Shown here piece after piece: positions 48,576 to 60,070 of a stretch of DNA of 64,000 nucleotides. The DNA lies in the NCBI RefSeq assembly GCF_011386835.1, contig NC_088801.1, forward strand, positions 32,984,001 through 33,048,000, written 5' to 3'. Source of the stretch: Chrysemys picta bellii (taxonomy: Eukaryota). Made by a program: the position numbers and the translations under genes. Each line of letters starts with the position of its first letter. The first letter of the stretch is position 1. The notes beneath the pieces are model-generated. The model was not told where the DNA came from, searched no databases, and was given only the letters and a program-made list of their open reading frames with translations.

Positions 48576-49690
48576 CTTGAAAAAACTGTTTTTTAAGTAC
48601 ATCAGAAGCAGGAAGCCTGCTAAAGAACCAGTGGGGCCCCTGGACGATCGAGATACAAAAGGAGCACTTAAAGACAATAAAGTCATTGCGGAGAAACTAA
48701 ATGAATTCTTTTCTTCAGTCTTTGCAGCTGAGGGAGATTCCCAAACCTGAGCCGTCCTTTGTAGGTGACAAATCTGAGGAATTGTCACAGATTGAAGTGT
48801 CACTAGAGGAGGTTTTGGAATTAATTGATAAACTTAACAGTAACAAGTCACCGGGACCAGATGGCATTCACCCAAGAGTTCTGAAAGAACTCAAATTTGA
48901 AATTGCGGAACTATTAACTATGGTTTGTAACTGTTCTTTAAATCAGCTTCTGTACCCAATGACTGGCAGATAGCTAATGTAATGCCAATATTTAAAAAGG
49001 GCTCTAGAGGTGATCCCGGCAATTACAGGCCAGTAAGTCTAACATCCATACCGGGCAAATTAGTTGAAACAATAGTAAAGAATAAAATTGTCAGACATAT
49101 AGAAGAACATAAATTGTTGGGCAAAAGTAAACATGGTTTTTGTAATGGGAAATCATGTCTTACTAATCTATTAGAATTCTTTGAAGGGGTCAACAAACAT
49201 GTGGACAAGGGGGATCCAGTGGACATAGTGTACTTAGATTTCCAGAAAGCCTTTGACAAGGTCCCTCACCAAAGGCTCTTACATAAATTAAGTTGTTCTG
49301 GGATGAGAGGGAAGATCCTTTCATGGATTGAGAACTGGTTAAAAGACAGGGAACAAAGGGTAGGAATAATGGTAAATTTTCAGAATGGAGAGGGGTAACT
49401 AGTGGTGTTCCCCAAGGATCAGTTCTAGAACCAATCCTATTCAACTTACTCATAAATGATCTGGAGAAAGGGGTAAACAGTGAGGTGGCAAAGTTTGCAG
49501 ACGATACTAAACTGCTCAAGATAGTTAAGACCAAATCAGACTGTGAAGAACTTCAAAAAGATCTCACAAAACTAAGTGATTGGGCAACAAAATGGCAAAT
49601 GAAATTTAATGTGGATAAAGGTAAAGTAATGCACATTGGAAAAAATAACCCCAATTATACATACAATGTGATGGGGGCTAATTTAGCTAT
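48576..49690 (+). mobile_element. CR1 ORF2 (RT) internal fragment truncated at both ends
   Basis: KSPGPDGIHPRVLKEL, PGNYRPVSLTS, YLDFQKAFDKVPH, KFADDTKL; no 3' tail. Confidence 0.95.
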
Positions 49691-50288
49691 ACTAAGTAGA
49701 AAGTATCTAAGCAGACAATGCCCTAAAAAAATTCAGATGAATCTTGAACAACTTTGTTAGACATGGAGACTAAATTTAATCAGTGAAAGGTTTCAGTTCA
49801 GTTATAAATTTGAGAAGCTTGTTGCAGCATTAACTGCTGATGCCTCTGTAATATTTCCAAGTTTAAGTCAAACAATTAGGGACAAATATTTTCCTGTTTC
49901 AGATGATTATATAACACCTATTTATGGAGTTACATCCAAGGTTAAACCTGTTTCGCTTTCTGGGGCGAAGAGAGGTTATTAAAATGCAAACTTGAATTTT
50001 ACCTTTCCATGTTTCAGCGAGACTCTGGGAAATTTCTAGCCATATGATAATTGTGTAGGCTTTATGTAGTACATGGAGTTCTCTAGCTTAGAGATTCCAG
50101 ATGGCATATTACAAATCTGAAATAGAGGTTATGTAGTTAAAACTCAGAAAAGTTCAAAACACAATGCTGGGGTAACTCAGTTTTGTATTTGCGCCTCTCC
50201 AATGGCATGGTCCCTGGAAAACCCTAGTAATGAAACTATTCCTTTCTCTATACTCTTGTTTCTAAATTACAACTGTGTTCTTTTGTAG

Positions 50289-50400
50289 GAAGAAGACATC
50301 ATAAACTTAATAGACATCCAAAAAGTGGGAGCTGCAGTGGGGATAAGGATTACTATCTGACTCTGTTGACAAGAACAGGAAAACTCTAGTTGAGTGCCAG
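50289..50400 (+). other. PSMD14: Probable PSMD14 non-coding exon 2 (112 nt, no ATG)
   Basis: Acceptor TGTGTTCTTTTGTAG| and donor CAG|GTGAGA; position between exon 1 and the ATG exon fits the mammalian gene structure. Confidence 0.7.
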
Positions 50401-50531
50401 GTGAGAAACTAAAATTTGTTCCACTTCATATACTCATCTCAAACTTTGTTACCTGATAAGATAATGGGTTCTGATCAATAACTTCAAAACAAAACAGGTT
50501 CACTTTATTTAACTGTGTAAAAGCATTATCC

Positions 50532-50964
50532 AGGGGGATTACCGCTGTATTAACTCATGGAGTGGGCCTTTTCTCCACTTAATTGAAAGTTACTATCCAG
50601 TCCAGATTAGCAGTAAATAAAAATTGTTATCCTTGATATCTGCCTGGCCTACCTGAAATAAATTATGTGGTCATTCTAAGTCCCAGTGGACAAGTAGTGT
50701 TTTTTCTCACAAAAAAACAGCACAGTTGGTGTTAATTGGCACACACTGCAGTTTCATCAGAACTACCAAACAATGAATGATCATGTATGGGGAATTATCC
50801 TTTCCACACCCACGTTGGGATTGCTTCCCCAGGTCAGGGTTGAGACACTAGTGGTACAGTACAGAGGAGCTTATACTTGTGCTGAATTTCTTTTTGCAGA
50901 TAGAGAATTTTGGTCTCCATGGCTGTCAGACATTTTTCATGAGCACTAAACTCACACCTGAAAA
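50532..50964 (+). mobile_element. Near full-length LF-SINE
   Basis: Colinear blocks matching the LF-SINE consensus as recalled: ATCCAG.CCAG, TGGCCTA..TGAAAT, CC.AGTGGACA, TAATTGGCAC, CCAGGTCAGGGTTGAG.CAC, TTCA.GAGCACTAAA.TCAC. Confidence 0.8.
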
Positions 50965-52319
50965 TGAAGGCATTAATCCGTGGCTTTTTTATTTCCCCAG
51001 TCTTAATTTGATGTAGTCTCTATCCAAGATACCTTTAAAAGGATGTCTTCTGGTAATGTAGGTCCCAAATGTAGGATTGTATGTGTTGTCTTTAAAAAGA
51101 ATATTTTAAAAACACCAAAAGGGAATCCAAACACAGCACCACTCTGCTGGTGCACTAGAACTAGAAAGTGGAACTGACTACATAAAAAAGTGATGCTGAC
51201 CAGACTCTTTTTATCCAAGTTGTTTGAAGAACAAAAAGTAAATGGCATAAATGGTAAAAACTATTATGCTTGAGTTTTATTTTAATCATCTTACAGGGTG
51301 CTAGTAACACAGGGAAAGACAGTTGAATCTGACTGTGTCCCTTAAACTGGAAGAAAAATAATTCAAAATAAAACTCTGGGTTTTAGAGAATAAATCAAAT
51401 TTATAGATCTCCACAGATAGCTAGTTAATAAAAATGTTAACATCTTTTGGAAGATGAATAGTGTTGTCTCTAACATCATTTCTACAACTTCAAGATCAAA
51501 TTTGTTTTGGTTTCAATATACGGACTAAAATTATTTCTCAAGTCTTTATGACTCTTCACCATCTTTTCCAGTTTTCAAATTTACCTTTGCTCATATCCCT
51601 TTTTGTTTGTACTTGTGGCTGCATAAAGAAAGTTCTGGAATGTGTTTTGTTTGTGATCGCTGATGGTGTTTTGTTATTGAATATTGCATGTGGTGGGAAC
51701 AAACTCATTTGCTGTGGAAATACGGTCACTTGCTGTTTTTATAATGTGGTGGGGTCTGATGGTAAACTTGAACAGGCTTTGTAGTATTGAGCCAAAGTTG
51801 TGCAAGATGGGGTTTGCTCAATAGTCTTGCGTTAAGGAATCTGTTTTTGGCCTTGTACTGTATCTCTTTCACTTCCAAGGAAGTGTGATAAAGCAGTCAA
51901 GACTCATAATTTATGTCTTAAAACTCTAAAATGAAAACCATGTTTCATGTTAAAATTTAAGGCTTAGAACCTGTTGAAAAGTGAGCTTTTATTAGTTATT
52001 GAATGCCTACCCACAACTGGGTCTTAGTGCTTGCAAATAAGCACTGTAAGGTAAGGCAAGCCACGAAAGATTCCTGTTATAACTGGGACAGTACACTTAT
52101 ATTGAAATTGTGTATATATATTATATCTAAAAATATGTATGTTATTTCTGAACAAGAAAATGATTTGATCAGCGAAATGAACCGTAGCTCAAGTCTTTAA
52201 CAGTGGCATGGTTTAATGGTCAATTGAGGCCATATAAAACTACATCAAAGATTTATCTCATTGTCCTAGAGATCAGAAAAGAGGGGAAGTTCAGTTATTG
52301 AAGTAGTACTTTTCAAATA

Positions 52320-52507
52320 CACCTCTCCCTCGATAGAACGCTACCCGATATAACACTAATTCGGATATAATGCGGTAAAGCAGTGCTTCGGGGGGGCGGG
52401 GCCACGCACTCCGGTGAATCAAAGCAAGTTCAATATAACGCGGTTTCATCTATAACGCGGTAAGATTTTTTGGCTCCCGAGGACAGCGTTCTATCGAGGT
52501 AGAGGTG
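52320..52507. mobile_element. Tc1/mariner (Tigger-like) MITE
   Basis: TA TSD; CACCTCT..CTCGATAGAACG / CGTTCTATCGAGGTAGAGGTG; same family as 18716-18904. Confidence 0.9.
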
Positions 52508-53019
52508 TACTCTAGTGGAAAGAGCTGTTAAGTTTTGCTGCTGGAATAGTCTCATTCTAAGGTATTCTATATGCAACATTTTAAATGCATGAAATGACTG
52601 TATTGCCCCTTGTATTCAAACTAAATGCATTTGATGTTTACTTTACAGTATTTCTTTAAGTATAATGAGTTCATTAAAAAAAGCTTTGGATGCTAATTCA
52701 GAGATCCATAATCTGTTCAGTGTCTTTCACATGCAGTTTTTACAATAACTGACAAGCTGTAAGTTAATTAGCACAGAACTTACTAATGAGGATGTAAAAA
52801 ATCCTTACTTTTTAAATTAAGTTTTATTGATGCACGCTGGACAAAATTGAAGGAAAGTCAGTTGTACCTGTAATATGTTTCAGGCATTTCCCCCATGCAG
52901 GTGCTCTTTCCAGGTAAGTTAAACATTATTGTATGATGATAAAGTTTTGAAAGTGTGACAAAAATGCTTATCTTTAGATATTGGGATAACCCAAAACCAA
53001 AGCAATAAAATAAGGTCTG

Positions 53020-53167
53020 NNNNNNNNNNNNNNNNNNNNNNNNNNNNNNNNNNNNNNNNNNNNNNNNNNNNNNNNNNNNNNNNNNNNNNNNNNNNNNNNN
53101 NNNNNNNNNNNNNNNNNNNNNNNNNNNNNNNNNNNNNNNNNNNNNNNNNNNNNNNNNNNNNNNNNNN
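53020..53167. other. Assembly gap (N run)
   Basis: Run of N ending 37 bp before the acceptor of the PSMD14 ATG exon. Confidence 1.
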
Positions 53168-53208
53168 GAGCTTAGGAACGTTTTCCTTTGTTTCTGTTCT
53201 CTAGAAAT

Positions 53209-53256
53209 ATGGACAGACTTCTACGACTTGGAGGAGGCATGCCTGGGCTGGGGCAG
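53209..53256 (+). CDS. PSMD14: 26S proteasome non-ATPase regulatory subunit 14 (Rpn11/POH1), first coding exon (exon 53205-53256)
   Basis: Acceptor TTTCTGTTCTCTAG|AAAT ATG; translates MDRLLRLGGGMPGLGQ, the PSMD14 N-terminus; phase-0 donor GTTAGT. Confidence 0.97.
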
Positions 53257-54551
53257 GTTAGTATACAACTTGTAAATATGTTATTCTTACATTAATCATA
53301 GTTTATTTTTATAATTACCAAAATACCCAATCTTTTAGCAGCAAACAGCTGACTTCAGTTTTGTAATAATGTCAATATATAGAAAACATTGCTGTATAGT
53401 CTATGCATGAATTTTGATGTGAATTGCATTGACACTGAGTATGAACTTTCAAAATTTTACAGAATTTGCAACCATGCCATGTATAAAAATTTAGGATTGT
53501 TTCAATATTTCATGTGATGTCTAAACAATATAGTCCACTGAATGCAGATGTATCTGCAAAATTAAACATTGAATAAAACAGAAATTGCAAATTAAACTGT
53601 TCAGAAAAACTGACTTTGCAGTCTTTGGTTTAGTCAATAAGAATACCTTTAAATACCATTCATTTGATGCAGTGAATAAGTAGATTTCATAACACCTGAG
53701 ATACCATGATGATGCATTCTCATATGGATTTGTGGAGGCTATTTGAATTGTTTCTAAAAGAATTAATCACACATGTAAGTAGCCTTTGCGTACACATATG
53801 TAGTTCTTAAACACAGTATTGTTGCTTTCTTTAGTAATCTTCCTGCTGTGGAGTAAGGGCCTCTCTGGTAGCTTTCAAGTTCCTATCACAAACTTTTCAA
53901 CTAATGTGTGGCCTCCTCCATTTTCTCTCACCAGATGATACCACCTGTTGTGTTTTTCCAGCTGACTTGCCCAGAAACCTTAATGTTGTTTGTGTAGGTG
54001 CATGTGCATCTCTCTTTTATGTCTGTCCCTTTTCTTCAGAGAGGTGAGGGCAGCTTTGTCCTGGGTGTTTAGCATCCTGGATGCAGTGGAACTAGTTAGT
54101 CTCCCATGGGAGGGTGGACAGGACACCTGAAGTCTAAGGAGAATGTATTTGGGACATGTTGGTGGAACTATTACTATGCAGATACCCACACTGTTTGGGA
54201 AGAAGACTGGCGTAAGTAAAGCTTTGTGAGCTACATCATTGTCTCTATGGAGTCACAAGAGAAGTAATTCTTCCAGTAGAGTTTCCCTAGGCCAAGCCCA
54301 GGAATCTCAGCTTAGCATGGTGGCCTGGGTTTGATCCCCCTTAATGACTTTTGTAATATATTCCAAACATTAACTTAGTCTGTAATTCCCAACCATAGTT
54401 GGCTCCTCAATGTTCACAGTAACATATATGTTTTGAAGTCCCTGATTCATTGCTATAATTCCTTTGATATTTGCAAATCCTTCATATTCACAGCTTTTTG
54501 GCTTTCTGTAATGTGTTCCTAATGTCCACCTCTAAACAGGAAAGTATACAT

Positions 54552-54824
54552 CAGTGGTCCCCCAAGCTATGGGGTGAGCCCAGGGGTAGACCCCACAGGG
54601 TGGGGAGGGAACGCCACCCAGTCCCACTCTGCCCTCAGTCTTGGCTCCTGGCCCCGCTTGCGGCCTCAGGACCCCTGCAGCTGCGGCCCCAACCTCAGCC
54701 CCCTTACCCTTATCCACACCTTCCCTCCCCCCAAGAGCCGCAGCCTTGCTCTTGGCCCCAGCTCTGAAGGGGGTGCACAAACAGGAGTAAAGGGGGCGCC
54801 ATGTGAAAAGTTTGGGGACCACTG
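54552..54824. mobile_element. hAT MITE (CAGTGGTCCCCAA)
   Basis: TIRs as in 44552-44856; TSD GTATACAT/GTGTACAA. Confidence 0.85.
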
Positions 54825-55929
54825 GTGTACAACATGTTGAAGCACTCAATGTGCTTTATCTAACATGTAGAATTACATCCGCTATCTGGGTGGCCAGATC
54901 ACCTTAATTTTTTTGTATGTTATTGTTCAATTTTCTTTTTTTCAGCTAAAATTCTTTTCACGCTCCTTTAGTGCATCTTCAAGCAGTACTCAGTTATTTT
55001 TAGTTTCGCTTTCTTAAGCAATTTTGAGATTTCTCTTGTTACTCTGTGCTGCCAGTCTGCTTCATGACTCTTCATTTTTCTAACATATGCATAGTCTAAT
55101 CACTCAAGCTTTCACTTCTTAGTCCTCTCTGAACTTGATGCACATCAAAGCTGTTTTTCAGATTTACAGTTAACTCTCTAGAATTTCCCAATTTTAATCT
55201 GAAGCCAAATATAAAATGTAGGAGACAATAAAATGATATTCAAAATAAGCCTTACAAACCGCTCCAGCACCAGGCTGCAGAATTTCTATCCATATTTAAA
55301 CATGGAAGTGTCTCCTGAAGAAACTTGAGTGAGGGGATTTAAAAAAAAAAAATCTGTGAATCTCAGGAGAACTACATTGCTGCTATTGCTGGTTGCAGCT
55401 TGATCTGATTAATGTCATGGCTACTTTTGCAGCTCTCTGGTGGATTAAATCGGTAGGAGAGATGTGCAAAAGAAGGTCACTTATGCTTATAGTTTATGTA
55501 TTGGCATATGCCTGAATTTGAATTGGAGATGGACAGTTATCAGTTTTTATCTTGGATATTTTTGCTGGTAGCAGAGAAACTCCAGACTGAATCAGACGGT
55601 TGTTAAACTGAGAACAAAGACAGGTATTCCCTGGAAATACTTAATCTTGTTACAGAACTAGTGATATCACTGCCAGTAATGCCCCTAAACTGGACTAGTC
55701 TTGAAACTATTGTACATTCCTCCACCTAATCATTCTGTTACAAATGACTTCGGTTTTTGCTGGCTTTACTTTAAAAGTTAAACCTCATAGTAAAAAAGCC
55801 TATCCAGGTCAACTACTCTAGTTTGTTCCTCTGCTAATCTGAGTATGCGAAGAATTGTATAAGGAAGAGCAAACTTAATACATTTTCTGAGGGCAGAATT
55901 AAATAGCTGTGGGTAACTCCTTTCTTGAG

Positions 55930-57680
55930 CTATTCTTTGAGATTGATTGCTTGGCAGTTGAAATGGGTGACTTGGTCTATGACAATAGCCCACTTCCATT
56001 GATATGTAACAGTGGATCATCTCTTAGTCAACAAATGGCCACTCAGTTAATCTTTACCAGCTCCATCTTTGGAGTCTCCATCACAAATTTCCCTCTTTCT
56101 GACACTACCTCATCTCCTTCAGTATTGCCCACTTCTCCCCTCCACCCTGCCCTGCCACCTATTCCTTCCATAGCCTTCAATCCATCAACATCCACGTATG
56201 CTGTTCTGCTCTCAGCCCTTTCCTCTAGTCTTTCTATTTCTATTTCCTCTACTCCACTCTTTTTTGATACCTTCTCACATCACAAGGTCGTTCCCTCGAA
56301 CCCTCAATATCTGTTTTTATACTCTTGTTCTCCTGCTGCTGAGCAATTCTGGTCAAAGTCTCATGACCATGCTGAGTCAAAACTATAAGTTCACTCTTTC
56401 CTCCTTTTAACTTTGTCATCTTCTTAGCCAAACAGCCCTACTTCCTATGCTCAATTCCAGTTACTGCTTCTACCACCTTTTGACTTTCTCCTCAAGCTCT
56501 TCCCCTCTCTGTTTTCTCCTCCCTTTCCATGTAGGATCTTACTGGTTTCTTCAAAGAAAAATCATTACCTCCCTCCTCCCCAACATCACTGACAATGAGA
56601 CTTGTTGCTTGTTGTCCAACTCCAGCCCTTCATGATCAAATAACCTCCATCTCCTCTCATCTTTTAATTTCTCTTGCTGCTCTGCTCATCCCATTTCTCT
56701 CACTTCTTCACCTCACACATCATCAGATTACTTTCCTTATCATTATAAGAAGTTGTTGGTCTCCCCATCTTCAAAAAAAAAAAAAAAGCACAAGTACAAA
56801 ACTCTTAACCCTACCTTCCACTTCTACTGTCATTCAGTATCTCATTGAACATGCTGTTTACAACTGCTGTTTAGAGCTCCTTTCCTCCAATTCCATTCTT
56901 GATGCTTTCTAGTCTGGCGTCTGCCTTCATATTCCACTGAAACTGCTTTCATTAAAGTCTCTAATGACCTCTTTTTCTGGCCCAATCTCACAATCTGTAC
57001 TCCACTATCCTTGACCTTTTGGTGTTTTTTTGATACCTACTTTTTGAAATTTTGTTCTCCATTGTCTTTCTGTCCCCTTATGGTTCTCCTCTGACCTCAT
57101 TGGTAGCTCTGTGTGTCTAATCTGGAGGGCAGTTCTTCTCCCCTCTTTCCTTTTCTGTGGGTATCCCTCAAGGTTTTGTCTGTCCTCTTTTCTCTCCTAG
57201 AAACTATCTCTACCTCCAGTACCTCACTTATCTAGTAACATGTTGCAGTGTCAACCCCTGCCATCATGCTGCCTACATTCCCTAGTCAGCTTCTGCTTCA
57301 AACATCTCTGGGCTCTCTTCCACATTGCACCTTTTGCAGGGGAAGAACTCCCTGATGAAATGAATACTTTCTGTCAGATTTCGCCTTAAGAATCACCTCT
57401 GCTGATCATGGGTAGGCAGGTAACTAGCTGTGACTTTTCCTACTCCTTTCCTCTCTACCCTCATTTAAAACAAACTGTGGTACATGTAATTAACAAAACT
57501 GCCTATTCTTCAATATAGTGCTTGTATGTCGTATCTCCAGACTCTGCTGTGTGTGCATGATTTTAGATTGTAAATTGTTCATGGCAGTGATTGTCTCTTT
57601 TGTGTTTGTACAGCACCCAGCACATTGGGGTCTCAGTCCTGGTTGGGCCTTTGGGTACTACATAATACAAATTACTACAA
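55930..57680 (+). mobile_element. Degraded L2 LINE (ORF2 RT relics and 3' tail)
   Basis: CT-rich L2-like sequence; TCCACTGAAACTGC..AAAGTCTCTAATGACC (STETA..KV.ND) and GGGTATCCCTCAAGG (GVPQG); tail TAGATTGTAA..TGTACAGCACCCAGCAC at 57564-57675. Confidence 0.75.
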
Positions 57681-59879
57681 TTAACTAATCTTACCAGTAT
57701 TGGGTCTTTGTGCAAACAGGAGATCTGGAATAAGTATTTCTCTGTATCAGTTAATAATGAATTGAGACCAAAAATGAGACCAAGGAATTGATTTACAGGA
57801 ATCATCTTGTGCATTTAAATCTCACTTTTCCCATCATTTGCCTGTGGGGGCAAAAGAACCACCCTGAAGAATTTAGTTCAGGTCAATGACAGTTAGTTTG
57901 AATACCAAGGAGATTATTTAGAATTTGAAGACATTCCTAACTTTAGATATGGTAAAAGAATCTATAAGTTGTGTAAAGCTAATATATGGCATGAATCCTT
58001 TTTGGAAGCATGATTTCAATCAAAAAAGTGGTATCGGACCCAACAAGAAGCAAAGCCACCTTTGTGGAGTCTACTCCTGTGTTCAGGAGGTGGAAAGATT
58101 AATGAATAATAAAAATATTAGGACAGACTTTTTATTAACATCTTGTTCTCCTACCTCTCGTGTCCTTGTTTTCCTTTCCTTCCATCTATGCTTATTCCCC
58201 CCCCCCCCTGTAGTGTTGGAGAGCTGTGCCTGCAGCACAGCTGATTGGTATCCCACTTCCCTGTTCTGCCTAGTTTGTGTGCAAAAGACAAATTAGGGAG
58301 TGCAGCTCAAGCTTTAGATTTTATTGGGGCAGCAAGAGAATCCGTGTCACCGGGATTTGGAAGAACACCCCTTTTCATTTTGCACACAATTTTCTGGAAT
58401 ATTAGTTGAATCCATTACACCCATCTTTACTAGTCATTGTCCTCCATGCCACAGGATGTGTAGTGAAGTCAATTCTGCATATGCATGTTTTAGATAGTCC
58501 CATTGATTACTATCTTCACTATTCTTCCTGTTGTCCCAGAGAGTACACAAGATGAATTTAGTAAGAGCTTTTGTTGGTGTTGTCCTCCCTGTGAGGCTTT
58601 CAAAATGGTAACAAAGACAGCTGTTTTTTACCCATGCTGACACATCTTATCCAGTTATTTTCTCCACCCAAATGTGATCAGTAACACATTAGAAAGACGT
58701 ACGTTTTTTGTTGTATATATGTGCTACACTTAACAAAGCTCTGATGTAGAGAGCAATGAGATTATTTTAAAAATATACCTTATTGTTCTTAACCAATCTT
58801 TAATGTATTTTTAAAAACTTTAGTTTTATTTGACTGTTCATTAATTTTTTTCCTGGGTGTAAGTGCTTCACTGTTGTAAATGAAACAATCGTTATACTAG
58901 CTGGATGCTTTAAAGTAACCCACTTGATGGAGGGTAGAGAGTAATCCAATTTTTGGGGGTGTGACCTGTGTCTTATGCAAAGTGTTTGCACCTTGACTTG
59001 AAATAAAGAAAATAGAAGTGCAGATAGCTAGTTTATTTGAATAATGGACTTGCCAATTAGCCATCAAGTGCTTCCATCTGTGAAATTGTTGATCAGATGG
59101 GTTAGCTGGGATGTTTCCAGATTAGGGCATTGTAAATGGCACTTGAAAACTGTCACTTTGATTATGAGGTTTCATGCATTGCACTGTTTGATGCTGTGGA
59201 ACCTTTTTTCCTTATATTATTTATTATTTTTTTAAGAACACAGTGATCCCATTTATGAAATCTGTGGCACCAGGGGAATTTGGGAGACCTGCCACTGATC
59301 TAAAATTCTGAATAATCTGCTCATGTAATCAGTGCAAGGATTAAACACAATGTTACTAGTTTCTTTCATGAGCTTCAGAATGAGGGTTCCTGATCTGGCA
59401 GGCACAGGTGGGTGAGGTTCAATGTAGATTCCTTCCAATTTCCAAATTAAATGCAAGTTTCCTTTATACTAATTAGAGCAACTGATTTAGATATTCCTGT
59501 ATCTCTTAGTAAATGGCATATTGGCTTTGTCCTTTCTGCATGCTAATGGATATTTATGCATATGTAATGGAACACCTTGTAGGAAGTTTTGTTGGTTAAT
59601 AGCACACTTTGGGGATACAACACATTTACTGGGCACCACTGCCTATTTAGATTAATGTCCATCTGCTCAGATTTGGTATCCACAGGCACTTAAGCAGCTT
59701 CATCTTTTTTCCACCCCTGTCTCCCTGGGCCTGTATGCTTCTCATGGCAAGGGTTGTGCTACTCTGTGGCCTTCCAATCTTTTCCCCAAGGTGGGGCTTT
59801 GGACACTCCTGCTAGGGAACATCACATCCACTGCTTCAGTGAGTAGGGTGGGTTGTACCTCTAGTTCAAGAGATCTATT

Positions 59880-60070
59880 TATTACTAATTCATTAGTACT
59901 TATAAACCTTTGATGAAAAAGGCAAACAAGTATCTTACAAACATTACTTCTCTCAATATCCTTTATACCTATATTAAAGATGAGGAAACCAAGGTGCATA
60001 ACTTATGTGACTTATCTGTTGCAGAACCATCATTGAAACCCATGTCCCCAGATTCCCAATTTTAACAGAT
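59880..60070 (-). mobile_element. MIR-like SINE fragment
   Basis: ATATTAAAGATGAGGAAACCAAGGTGCA..GTGACTT is a degraded reverse MIR core. Confidence 0.55.

Noticed and set aside
55909-56388. 159-aa Ser/Pro-rich ORF
   Set aside because: Degraded CT-rich L2 sequence, not a host gene.
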